Assembly: GCA_043228905.1 (NCBI GenBank)
Contig: JBHGNT010000005.1
Location: forward strand, 10,478,001 to 10,542,000
Length of the DNA stretch: 64,000 nucleotides
DNA from: Azolla caroliniana
Taxonomy: Eukaryota; Plantae; Polypodiophyta
Direction of reading: 5' to 3'
In this document: positions 1 to 12,300 of the stretch, piece by piece
Numbering within the stretch: position 1 is the first letter of the stretch
How the letters are laid out: each line of letters starts with the position of its first letter
Translations under genes and position numbers: made by a program
The notes under the pieces: model-generated
The model's input: only the letters and a program-made list of their open reading frames with translations
The model's database searches: none
Told to the model about the DNA's origin: nothing

Positions 1-2262
1 GTGGCATTCCCGCAACACCCGGGTGCGACATGGGCCCTCTGGGACGTATAAGAGATGATCTCGGAACAACAAACCCTCTTGTATGGTGAAGGTGTCAAGA
101 TCCTTCCTTTTGGTCGCCTTGGAGGGGTTTTGCAGACTATCTCGAATCTCGTTGGCGAACGCATCGGTCTTGGATGCATCAGTGATTTGTTGGAGTAAAG
201 AATCATCCTGCAACATACAAGTGGCAAACATATGCAATTGGTCGGGTTTCAACAAACGTCTAGATTGTTGAGCATAAGCAGCATCCCCAGGGCGGAGTGC
301 AAGGTCAGCTCGGCGAGAAAGGGCATCAGCCTTCCCATGTTGGCCACCAGGTCGAAATACAATCTCAAAATCGTAGTCAGCGAGAAATGTAGACCAACGG
401 GCCTGCCTTCGATTCAAAGTACGAGTGGTGGAAAAATAAACTAAATTTTTATGATCAGTCACTACCTGGACACGATGTTGTGCGCCGGCCAAGTAGGGTC
501 GCCATTCTTCAAAGGCAGCAATGATAGCAGCAAGCTCCTTGTCGTAAATGGGATAATTGATTTCGGATGCCGTAAATTTTCGGGAATAGTAAGCCACTGG
601 GTGCATTAGGTTGTTGTCGTCTGCTTGGGATAAGATGGCGCCAATGGCAAAGTCAGAGGCATCGGTTTCGACTTGGAAGGGTTTTGTGGGGTCGGCATGT
701 AGCAGCACCGGGGCAGTGATGAATGCGTGTTTGAGTGAGTCGAACGCATTTTGTGCCTCCGAGGTCCATAAAAATGGAGTGCCCTTATGGGTGAGAGCGA
801 TAAGAGGTTGTGCTAGGGTGGAAAACCCCTTGATGAAGCGACGGTAAAAATTTGCGAAGCCGAGGAAGGATTGCACATCTTTAAGTCGCCTTGGAGTCGC
901 CCACGCCTGAATGACAGAGACCTTCTTCATATCCATGGTGATGCCAGTGGGCGAGATGATGTAGCCCAGAAATTCGATCGAGGTACGGTCGAACTCGCAT
1001 TTCTCGCCTTTGGCATAAAGGCCATGCTCGCGAAGTTTGGCCAGAACTAATCGGACTTGGCGAGTGTGCTCCTCCATGTTTGGCGAGAAAATGAGAATAT
1101 CATCGAGGTAAATGACAACAAAAAGATCAAGATATTCCCGGAAAATATCGTTCATCATATGTTGAAAAACTGCGGGAGCGTTAGTAAGACCAAAAGGCAT
1201 TACCTTGTATTCGAAATGCCCATACCGTGTTCGAAATGCGGTTTTCCATTCATCCCCCGGCTTGATGCGTACTAGATTGTACGCGCCACGCAGATCAACT
1301 TTGGAGAAGACACGCGCAACTCGGAGCCGATCAAGGAGTTCGGGGATCAGAGGTAGCGGATAGCGGTTGCGCACAGTGAGTTTGTTGAGACCTCGGTAGT
1401 CGACGCATAAGCGTAGAGAGCCGTCCTTCTTCTTCACAAATAAAATGGGGGCCCCGGCTGGTGACTTAGAAGGTTGAATAAAGCCTTTCGCGAGGTTCTC
1501 ATCAAGATACACACGAAGGGCCTTCAACTCTGGTGCAGACAACGCATATAGAGGACCAAAGGGTGGACACGCACCTTCTTGAAGATCAATCGGACAGTCG
1601 TAGAGCCGGTGTTCAGGCAACCGATCAGCATTACATTTTTCAAATACGTCGGAGAAGTGTTGGTATTTTTCGGGAATAACATGGAGTGTGTTAGAAATGG
1701 CGCCACAAACAAACCCATCCTGGACGGATGATGGGGTAGTCAATTCGGAGTCGACCGTCTCCGAAGGATAGGAAACTGAATTTACCTTCATACTTTTGCA
1801 CGAGCATCTTGGCTTGCTAAATGTGATCGAGCGGTTGCACCAATCTACTATTGGATTGTGCGCCTCCAACCACGTTAGTCCTAAGACGATCGGATGTCGA
1901 GGAGATGCGATGAGGTAAAAGGTGAGCTCCTCTTGGTGTGAGCCCACCCGAAGCCCTAATGGGATTGTAGCTTGAGTAATTGCACCTGACGAGAGGACGC
2001 ACCCGTCGATGGCTTCAACTGGAATGGGTTTTGAGAGGCCAACGACAGGTACGCCATGTGCTTGGGCAAACGCGACGTCGATGAAGCAAGAAGATGCCCC
2101 AGAATCAAGTAAAGCAACAGACTGAATGGAACTAGAGTTAAACGAAAGCCATACCTCCAATGTGAAATTGCCTGATGGTCCGGCAATGGAACCAAGAGAA
2201 TGTGGGCGACGGGAGATGTCCAGTTGCATGGCTCCTACTGCAACCGAACGATGTCGTTTTCC
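1..2262 (-). CDS. pol: Element A pol (protease-RT-RNase H; continues beyond window), -1 frame relative to gag
   Basis: Minus-strand translation gives [35 protein letters not shown] (~1093-1113) and DASDFAIG. Absent from the ORF track, probably because it has no stop before base 1. Confidence 0.88.
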
Positions 2263-3251
2263 GGATGTTGGGGTCCGTTAGCTCGATGGAATTGTGGGCG
2301 AGTACTCCTAGGACAATGGCGAACGACATGACCGGAGGCGCCACAATACATGCACAAGCCATTAGCCCGCCGAAATTGTCGTTCAGCATCAGTCAATGGC
2401 CGAAATCGGGCTTGATCAATTTCCATGGGGACAGGAGCATCTGCCGAAGTAGGCGAGTGTGAGGATGCTTGGGGTTGTATGACCGGGGCGTGGCGTGGAA
2501 GTGAATGAGGTGGAACCCAAGTCCGGCGCTCTTCTTGGCGAAATTCGAAAAGACGATTGTCACAATGGACTGCTTGTGAAATCGCTTGGGATAACGAGGT
2601 GGGCTCCGGAAAGTTTAAGAGAAGATTCTTGACATTGCTTCGAAGACCGCGCCGAAAGTGATCAACTAAAGCTTGATCATCCCAATTGACGTCGCATGCT
2701 AGTTGTCGAAATTCGGAAGCATAGACCGAAGCTGCACGTGAACCTTGTTCGAGTGCATAAATCTTGTTAAGAGCTGTACGTCGTCGGTCCGTCTCTCCAA
2801 ATGTGGCCTCTAACTCGGCGAGGAAGGCGGGAAAGTCCTCCAATAAAGGTGATGAGGTTTCTACCAATGGTGCAAACCAAGCTTGGGCCGGACCGGAGAG
2901 AAGGGTGCCCACAAGACCGACTTGTCGAAGACCATCTCCATAACGTTGAGGTTGTAGCCGAATGATAAGTCGAACTTGGTTGATGAACCCTCGGAAACGC
3001 GACCTCGTTCCATCAAATTTTTCTGGGAGGCTAACCTTAGGCTCAAGAAACTGTGACGAAGCTAGGCTAGATGTTGGTAGAAGATCGGGCTCTAGGCTAG
3101 GTTGTTGTGGGAGACTAGGGTTCGGGGGTTGTGAGGATAAGGAGGTACCGACTTGAAGTTCTTGTAAAGAATTTCGAAGGGCTTCATTTTCAAGTTGTAG
3201 TTGTCGTAAGGCTACCATTATTTGGCCTAACTCACTAGTTGAGTCGGACAT
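2235..3251 (-). CDS. gag: Element A Gag, 338 aa (retrotransposon gag core plus CCHC zinc knuckle)
   Basis: PEKFDGTRSRFRGF, PVPMEID and CMYCGASGHVVRHC motifs; ORF is open. Confidence 0.93.
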   Translation of the reverse strand: MSDSTSELGQIMVALRQLQLENEALRNSLQELQVGTSLSSQPPNPSLPQQPSLEPDLLPTSSLASSQFLEPKVSLPEKFDGTRSRFRGFINQVRLIIRLQPQRYGDGLRQVGLVGTLLSGPAQAWFAPLVETSSPLLEDFPAFLAELEATFGETDRRRTALNKIYALEQGSRAASVYASEFRQLACDVNWDDQALVDHFRRGLRSNVKNLLLNFPEPTSLSQAISQAVHCDNRLFEFRQEERRTWVPPHSLPRHAPVIQPQASSHSPTSADAPVPMEIDQARFRPLTDAERQFRRANGLCMYCGASGHVVRHCPRSTRPQFHRANGPQHPENDIVRLQ

Positions 3252-3301
3252 AGCTATGGCTTATGAGAGGGAGAGCTATGAGGATGGGAAGGTGAACAAA
3301 C

Positions 3302-3654
3302 TGTCACGGATCATAAACTCAAGAGACAACCAAGAAGATAACCAAATGGACAAGAAAGAATATAGTACTAAAGGAAAGACTCCATAACTGGTGTTGTTCA
3401 CCTTGAATTCCTTCAAGGTGAACTCCTCTATTTATACTACATGGCATGCATACTTGTTGCACGCATGTGAATCTACAATAGAGCATGTAGGTATGCATGC
3501 ATGTGCCAAGTGTAAATACTACAAGGGAGCAACTATGCACATGATGCTAGCAAAATAATAAGGAACAATTACATACATAACTAGTACTAGATATCTTGGT
3601 TAACTCATAATAGTAGATTATAACATGGTCGTGTCAAGAGTTCGAATCTTGACA
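3302..3654 (-). repeat. Element A 5' LTR
   Basis: TGTCA termini; TATAAATA on minus strand at 3429-3436; aligns with 56744-57093. Confidence 0.88.
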
Positions 3655-3989
3655 TATAGCACAAGGAGGGAAGACCGTTACATAAAGGTGCTACAAAATA
3701 TCCCCTTTCAATCAATGGGGATATTTCCCTTGATTTTAGGGGAGGTGGGAAGGATGGGTCTTAACTCCCACCTCTACACGGACTACTATGTACCTATCTC
3801 TCTCTCTCACGTGGATGTGCGCGCAAAAGCACATCACCTTTACACTTTACAAATCCTAAGGTGCATTTCTAGCACCACACTTATCACTATCGACAAATAG
3901 AAATACAACATCTTGATGTGCAACGTTGCACATCGCGGGTTTGCTTACTTCGCTCGGTTTTCCGCCTATGGACGAAAATCTTCACGACA
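3655..3989 (-). repeat. G': U3 portion of a Gypsy LTR related to solo LTR G, interrupted by A near its TATA region
   Basis: Collinear similarity to 5751-6129 (cacatcaccttta, gtgcaaygttgcacatc, cgaaaatc...aca); ends CACGACA, followed by CCGC. Confidence 0.75.
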
Positions 3990-4598
3990 CCGCATCATTA
4001 GCTCCTTTGACATAACTCCAGTAGCCGTGCCCGAGCAGGTACTGGTGCATCTTGTAGGACCAAGACGCATAGTTGGTTTTGTCGAGCTTCTCTGTTGGAA
4101 GCGAGCTCGCCATGCCTCTATCCATCGTTCTTCTCGTTCTTCTTCGTCAAGCTGTGTCGGCTGCAGAGAGGTTCTCAACCCTCGCGCTCTGATACCATGT
4201 AGAAAGTAACGTGCGGAAGCAAGTATGAAGACCGAACAGAAGGAAGAAAACTCACGTTTAATGGAGTGCTTGAGCTTACGCAGTATACGCGGGAGAGACA
4301 GAGAGAGTGAGAGAGAAAACACAAGAACTATATTCAACAAAATATCTCGATTCACTACTCTATACATATGTGTGTTCCATGAACACTTTTATACAAGTCC
4401 TCGAAGGACTGACCGAAGTACTGACCGTACTTCAATGCTCTTTAAGAGCTCCTACACCAACTCCCAAATATATTGCTCACGGAATATCTTTCCTAACGGC
4501 CTCCCGGTTTACGCACTCGGCGTAACCAATCAGTCCCAACCGATCCGGTCCTCGGCTTCTTCAGCTGATCTGGCCGATGTTGAGCTTGTCTCTCAACA
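3990..4598 (-). mobile_element. Element H: Ty1/Copia 5' end (LTR 4198-4598, tRNA-iMet PBS 4186-4197, gag start at 4125)
   Basis: PBS TGGTATCAGAGC on minus strand; gag reads MDRGMASSLPTEKLDKTNYASWSYKMHQYL. Inserted in the (CA)n tract of element I's LTR. Confidence 0.85.
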
Positions 4599-5331
4599 CA
4601 CACACATGCACAAACACACACACACACACAGTTCTTCCATTGGACAGAATCCACCCGATTCTCTACATGGTATTAGAGTGCATTGTAGCTTGATCCAACC
4701 CCATCGTCTCTGCATGTGTTGTGCTCAATCCCGCCTTTGCCTGATCGTTGTAGCAGCAACTTGCATAGTTCGTATCAAAGAGGAGGAGAAGAAGAAGTTC
4801 GACAATGAACACTCAGATGGGAAGCTCTCTTACTACCGAGAATTTTGACAAAAACAACTTTGCATCTTGGGAGTACAAGATGCACCAATACCTTGTCGAC
4901 CAAGGCTATTGGAGTTATGTCGAAGGAGCAAATGAAAATCAACCAAACCCAACACATGCCAATCACTCAACTTGGGAGCAAGCAGCGAGTCGTGTGTTAT
5001 ACTGCCTTGCTTCATGCATCCATGATCACATGCTCGGCTACACCCGAGAGGCCAAAAAGACAAAGGAGGTGTGGGGGAACCTCAAGAAGATTTTTGTGGC
5101 GAACACGACCACAAGAAAGCTTCAACTTCGTCAAGAGTTGAACGATATACAAGAGAGGGACATATCAATCGGCAACTTCACCTTGAAGATCAAGGAGCTA
5201 TGTGATGCCCTCGGGTCGATCAATGTTAGCATTACCGACGATGAAATGGTGCAGATTTGCCTCGGAGGCTTACCACCTCAGTTCAGAGCCATTCCGTCAA
5301 CAATCCTCGTGAGGGAGAATCGTCCCTCCAT

Positions 5332-6129
5332 TGTTGCGAAGTTTCGCGCATGCGTGTCGGATAGGACGGGACCACAGGGGTCTTGGACTAGAGAGTGAGA
5401 GACGTGAAAGAAGCTAGGGAGTTTAACCGAGAAGGGAAAGATTAAGGTTAGAGAGGTTAAGTTTGGAGAGATTAAGATTAGAGACAAGACAAGACAAGAT
5501 TCATCGAATGATTATATTACGAAAACACCACATGAATTACAACCATGGCCACGTAGGACGAATGTAGACCCTCTAGATGAAACCCTAACCGGATAGGGGA
5601 AAAGAAGAAGAAGAAGGAGAAGAATGAAACCCTAAAATGATATCCTAAAACCCAAAACCCTAAAATAAAATAGGGATAATTAAAACCCTAATGGTCTACC
5701 CCAAAACAACAAAATAGAGACCCCTTCCCAAATGACCCCTCACTCCCTTTTATAGTAATAAGGGGTGAGGCACATTACAAAAAGAGAGGCCAAATATCCC
5801 CTTCCTTCAATAGGGAATTTGCCTTGATCTTAGGAGGAGAGATTGATGGAGCCTTAACTCCCTCTCCCCACAACCAACCACACCCTCTACTTATTACACC
5901 GTACTTCCGTGCATTCCCCTTTAGTCTACATATGCATGAGCCCCTAAGCACACATCACCTTTATACTTCATAAACTTTGTAGTGCACATTTAACACCTTA
6001 CATTCTACCCTTCCTTTTACATTTGTTACTCTATTTTACAATTCTATCAAGTGCATGTGCAATGTTGCACATCCCCATTTTATTCATCCCGCTCGGGTTT
6101 TCTCACCATAGCCGAAAATCCACACTACA
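5332..6129 (-). repeat. G: solo LTR of the tRNA-Trp-primed Gypsy group, inserted in element I gag
   Basis: TGTTGCG...CACTACA; flanks CCAT/CCGT. Left end resembles the element C LTR (gcgtg..tcgg...accac.gggg.tttggactag). Host gag resumes in frame. Confidence 0.8.
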
Positions 6130-7307
6130 CCGTCAATCTCCAATGGATGCTGCTGGTCGAGGAGAATCATGTTCGAACAAGAAGCAATGTGCAAGAAGGA
6201 AAAATGCTCCATTCGAATTTCAATGGAGGAAGAGGACAAGGTTGGGGAAGAAGAGGCCGATTCTGCCAAGGCTGACACAACCAAGAGGAACCCCGAGAAC
6301 ATAACTTTTGTTACGGACAAGAAGCTTCGAACGCGCGAGGCGGAGCATCCGGAAGAAGGGGGAGCAATTAGGCTGGACCCAGCCAACAAAACAAACCCAC
6401 CTAGTGTGGATACTATGGTAAATTCGGCTACTATGAGCCAAAGTGTTGAAAAAAAAAGAGTGAGTTGGTCTCCACAAGCAGACAACTCACAAACTACGCC
6501 TCCAACTCCAACTACGACAATCGTGGCGGAATGTTTATGATGAGGTACAGAGCGAACTCGATGACAGCCTCCAACCCGACGAACACCTACAAACCAGACG
6601 ATGTATGGTTTGTCGTCTCGGGTGCATCCAACCACATGACATCCCAAGAGGTTTGGTTCAAGGAGCTACGAAAGCCTGAACGACCTGGCTATGTGGAAAC
6701 TAGGGATGGCACAATTCACCCCATTCAACATGTCAGCGATGTTCCATTTGGGGAAGAAGGCAACCAAACCTATATCAAGAATGTTTTGCATGTTCCTACA
6801 ATAACAAAGAACTTGGTCTCAGTTGGCCAGGTAGTTGAACATGGCATGCATGTCCGCTTCAATGATGGAGGGTGCTTCATCGAAAAAGAAGGCTGACTCA
6901 TCGCTCGTGGTATGAGAGAAGGTCAAATGTTCAACCTCGACTCCCACGATATGAACTGGGCAATGTATGCCAAGGGCCAAAGAGTTAATGCAGACATAGA
7001 GTTGTGGCACAAGTGTCATGATATGACAATACTTGAACCCATAACCTTATGTTATAGGGGTCGAGCTCTTGACCATTACATTATCTATTGTAATATGTAG
7101 GATATTATTTTCATTTAAGTTTTACTACAGAAAATTATTGTATATTCCAGATTTTTCTGGAACATTCTAGAAGCTTCAGGACTATTCCTGAGAACACTAT
7201 AAAAAGAGGCACAAGGCATTATTTCGAACCAAATTGGTTCAATGCCAGTCTTAAGCCTCATAGCTATTTTGTACTTACTCTTCACATAATATATCATCTG
7301 TTATCAC

Positions 7308-7346
<39 letters not shown>

Positions 7347-7506
7347 GTCTTACACAGTCCGTCCTCTTAGTACTATTAAATAGTACTTCCCTTCTCTAGT
7401 ACTAATTCTCTCTCTGTTTTAGTACTATTCTTGACAGTTTGAACTAGTTTTTTCCTTTGGTCTTCTTTTCGGTTTCCCTCATCCTCTTACCCCTTTTCCC
7501 AATACT

Positions 7507-8640
7507 ATGTCTACTGTTAGCGCTTAGGAATATCAATCTGTTTTTTCTGAGCTACATTGTCTAAAAGAAAAATTTGTTGCATTGGAACAAGAAAACCAAT
7601 GATTGTTAGGGGATCTTCAACAAATTGCTTTAGAAAAACAACAAACGCAACAACAACATGGGGAGTTAGCGTTACGCATACAACAACTCGAAGCAACCAT
7701 CGTAGCATTACAACAACAAGGATCAAGTCTCCAAGGACTTCATAAAGAGCCCAAAATTTGTCTTCCTGTGAAATTCGGTGGAACGCGCTCACAATTCAAA
7801 GGATTCCTTAATCGGGTACGCTTAGTCATGCAAATGCATCCTTCTTGATACCCCACTGATGCATCCCGAGTAGGCCTAATAGGCACGTTGCTCAGTGGCT
7901 CGGCCTTGGCATGGTTCGCTCCGCTTTTGGAAAAACAATCTCCCTTGATTAATAATTTTGAAGACTTTATTGGTGAGTTTAAAGCCTGCTTTGGAGTTAC
8001 CGACAACATCAAGACGACGATCCACAAAATCCGACGATTGCGTCAAGGCGATCGTCCAAGCTCTACCTACGCGGTGGATTTCCGTCTACTCGCCTCAGAT
8101 ATCCCCTGGGATGATCAAGCACTAATGGAAAAGTTTCGCTACGGCCTGTGAAACGACGTGAAAGATTTACTTTTAACCTTTCCCGAAGAACCCAAATCTC
8201 TTACAGAGGCAATCAGTCAAGCGGTCCGATGCGACAACCGCCTTTTCGAACGACGTTTGGAATGTCAATTTCAAATGCCACGGACAAGGCCAAAGCCCAC
8301 ATACGCCTCAGTCGCAACCAAACTGGTTGCACGAGATGTATCTCAGGCAAATACTCCGATGTCGATGGAGATCGACACCATGCTTCGACGTGGCCCGTTA
8401 TTGGAAGAAGAAAAGCAACAACGATGTGCAAATCGATTATGTCTTTATTGCGGTGGACCAGGGCATATCGCCATCAACTGTCCCCATAGGCCAAGAACAC
8501 AGGTAAATCAAATCACAGCCTGTATTAAACCCGAGTCAATTCCCTTAGGAGTGTATGATAGTATTAATAGTACTGATAGCCCAAGTATCTCAAACAAATT
8601 TGAAATCCTTAGTCAATTAGAGGAAGAGTTAAACGACTAA
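7507..8640 (+). pseudogene. gag: Element B' gag pseudogene
   Basis: Fragments 7603-7848, 7888-8151 and 8158-8640 align to B Gag, with in-frame stops. Confidence 0.88.
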
Positions 8641-9388
8641 GTCTAGCCAAAATAGGAGCCATGGATATAGCTAAAGTCCAAACTGTGCTAGAGTGGCAAA
8701 CTCCACGTTCATTACGAGATGTGCAATGTTTCCTAGGTGTAAAGAATCAGTTGTGATTCTTGTGTAGTGGAATAGGTGTGAACTGTGTGTGTGTGTATGA
8801 GAGAGAGAGAGAGTGAGAGAGACAAGGAGTAAGACACAGAGTATACGCAAGGTAGATTATATTAACAAAGGAGAAAGACTCAACTAAATACAAGGTGGGA
8901 GGAGGGTGCTTTATATAGTCTCTCTTCATTAACTACAAGACTCATGGAGCATGGGGAATGTGAAAGCTCATAAGCTATGTGTCATAGAATATGATTCTAT
9001 GACTCATACTAAATGCTAGAATACAAAGAGGTGACATAATGGTGACTCTTGACCGTTGGAGTGTCTATTCACTCTCAAGGTGAGTTCACACACTAGACCA
9101 GATTGATCTTGATTCTCAACACGCCCCCTCAAGCTCAAGTTAGGTTGGTTTCAGACGGTATCCGAAATCCTCTTCGACTCGCGTTCCGGAGTCCGGCATC
9201 AACTCGCATTTATGCGGAGTTGCGGAATCCGTGCTCCAACTTGCGTTGTGCATAGTTGCGAAGTCTGTGCTTCGGCTTGCGTCTTTCTTCGCGGCTTTGC
9301 GCGGTAGATCGGCTCTTCACGGCTTCGTTGCGTGGTTGCGTAATCCACGCATTCTTGCGTAGTGTGCGCGGCTTGCGGAATCCACGTG

Positions 9389-12300
9389 TTATTGCATAAT
9401 GTCTTTAGTACTCCCCCTCAAGCTTGGCAAGTCAGGGATCGTCAGTCCGAGATCGATCATGAATTGCCACAACTTGTCGGCTCCTAAGGCTTTCGTGAAG
9501 ATGTCGACCATTTGAAGATTTGTGCTAATGTGTTGTAGGTCGACATCGCAAGCTAGAACGCGCTCTCGGATGAAGTGATAGTGCACTTCGATGTGCTTTG
9601 TTCCGAGCCAAATAAATACTGCTCATGTTGTCACAGTAAAGGGGAGTCGGATCCTTGATGGGAACGCTGAGATCCTTCAAAATCCTCTTAAGCCATACGG
9701 CTTCACATGTAGCTAAGACTGCACCCATGTATTCCTCCTCCGTACTCGAAAGAGCGACGATAGGCTGCTTCTTGCTACTCCAAGATATTGCTCTACTGCC
9801 GAGGGAGAAAACACATCTGGAGATTGATCTTCTATCGGCTTTGTAGCCAACCCAATCGGCGTCTGTGTACCCCTCAAGCCTTATTGGCATCACGGTCTTG
9901 TAGAGGATGCCGTAATCCATTCTGCCGCTCACGTATCGTAGAACTCGCTTAGTGCAATCCAAGTGAGCGTCACGCGGTGTTTGCATGAATTGACTAAGGA
10001 GACCGACCAGATAACTGAGATCGGGATGTGTGATCGTGACGTAAATGAGACTCCCGATGAGTTGCCGATACTGAGTCGGCTCACACGCTTTGGTGACGGA
10101 GTTTGCATCTAGTTTGAGATTGCGATCGAGTGGGGTTGCTGCGGATTTGCACTTATCCATTTCGAACTTGTATAACAAGTTGAGGATGTAGGTCCGTTGA
10201 GAGATCATGATTCTGGCCGGAGTCCGAATTACCTCGATGCAGAAGTAGTGGAGCTCCATGTCCGTCATCTCGAACTTGTCGGAAAGGAGGGATTTGACCT
10301 TATTGATTTCGACGAGATGCTCACCTCCAATGACTAGGTCATCCACATATAAGATGATGACGATCGGACTTGCGGAATCGCTTTGTGTGTAGAGGGAGTT
10401 GTCCGATTTTGACATACGGAAGACGATTTGATGAAGATATTGGGTTATCTTCGAATGCCAAGCACGCGGTGCTTGCTTGAGGCCGTAGAGTGGCTTCTTG
10501 AGTCGGCATACAACTTTCGGATGGGTGCTCGAGTTGAAACCGGGTGGTTGTATCATGTACACCTCCTCTTCTAATTCACCTTGTAGAAAGGCGTTCTTGA
10601 CGTCCATATGATGGAGGTGCCACCCTTCGCCGCGGCAAGCGCAATTACGGTCCGCACCGTTGTCATCTTTGCCACTGGGGCAAAGGTCTCCTCGTAGTCA
10701 ACTCCGTGCGTTTGAGCGTAGCCTTTTGCTGCGAGTCGCGCTGCGTAGCGGTTGACGGAGCCGTCGACGTTGTACTTCAGTTTGTAAATCCATCTGCATC
10801 CGATTTCCTTTTTCTGTGGTGAGGTGGGAACGAGATCCCACGTCTCGTTCTTGTGTAATGCCTGCATCTCCTTGTTCATGGCTTCGATCCATCGTGGATC
10901 CTTGGCTGCTTCGGAAAAGGTTTCCAACTCCCGTACTGTTGCTACGTTCATCATAAAGGCGTAATGGTACGCCATATAATCGTTGTAGCCGAAACGGCTT
11001 ACGGGGTTCTTTTCACAAGTGGATCGGCGGAGCTTTTCTTTGACTTCAGGTCAAGCTTTTGATGCTTCTCGTCGGGGATGTGCACGTACGCTATCGCGCC
11101 GAATATGTGGATGTGTGATAAGTTCGGCTTCTTTCCGAAGTATTTTTTGTGCGGAGTGACCTCGTGCACGCCGAATGTTGTCCACCGGTTCATTAGGTAG
11201 ACGACCGTATTTGCAGCTTCGGCCCAATATGACTTGGGCATATGCTTCTCGTTCATCATGGCTCACGCTACTTCGAGGATGTGTCGAGTTTTGCGCTCGG
11301 CTACCCCGTTTTGTTGCGGAGTGTGTCGGCAAGTGAATTCTCGCCAAATTCCTTCCTTTCGGAGATACGTCGTGAAATCGTCTGAGAAGTACTTCTTGCC
11401 ACCATCCGATCGGAGACATCGTACATGTCGGCCCGTGGCTTTCTCGACTTCATTCTTGAATTTTTGGAAGTGTCTGAACACTTCGCTCTTTTGCCGCATA
11501 GAATAGATCCAATTGTGCCTAGAAAAGTCGTCGATGAAGAGCACGTAATATCGGCATCCGCTGAATGTAGCCATCTGTGCCGGTCCCCATACGTCGGAAT
11601 GGACTACATCGAGTAGACCTTTGCTCACGTTCCGCTCTTTCGGGAATGGGTGTCGGTGTTGCTTGCCGAATTGGCACGCTTCGTATACACCTTCAATCTC
11701 CTTCTCTTTGAATGTCAGGAGTCTGATGACGACTCCTCTCGTTTTCATTGCTTTGAGTTTGTTGAGATTGATGTGGCCGATTCACTTATGCCATAGCTCT
11801 ATGTCGGAGTCGGCTTTCGTGCTTTTTGCGAACATGGCGGATTTCATCTCGTGTGAATCGAGAATGAACATCCAACCCTCTCTTCTTCCGCGTGCGATGA
11901 TTCGGCCTTCTTTTTTGATGAAGCACCCTTCTTGGTCGAATCGTACTTGCATCCCTTGCTCAACCATTTGGCCGATTGAGACCAAATTCTTCGTGATGGT
12001 GAGAACATGCAAGACATTTTTAATGTATGTTTGCTTACCTCTTTCGCCGAACGGAACATTGCCGATGTGCCAAATCGGGTGCGTAGTGTCATCTCCGGTT
12101 TCGACATAACCGGGTTGTTCCGGCTCTCGAAGTTCGAGAAACCATTCTTTATGGGATATCATATGGTTTGAGGCTCCGGAGTCAACAAACCATATGTCCT
12201 ACGGATTGAGGGCACTAGTTGAGGTAGAGGCCGACATAGAGTTTGCTCTATGTTTCATCATGAACATTCCGCCACGATCAGAGTTGCGTGCATACATTCC

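Larger units (their letters stand above)
1..3654 (-). mobile_element. Element A: Ty3/Gypsy chromovirus-type (Tcn1/Tf1-sushi-like) LTR retrotransposon, 5' part; runs off the left edge
   Basis: LTR 3302-3654 with TG...CA ends, gag ORF and pol motifs on the minus strand. Close paralogue A2 at 54585-57093. Inserted into LTR G'. Confidence 0.93.

Noticed and set aside
5580-5691. Interstitial telomere array
   Set aside because: Four isolated motifs, not tandem TTTAGGG repeats.
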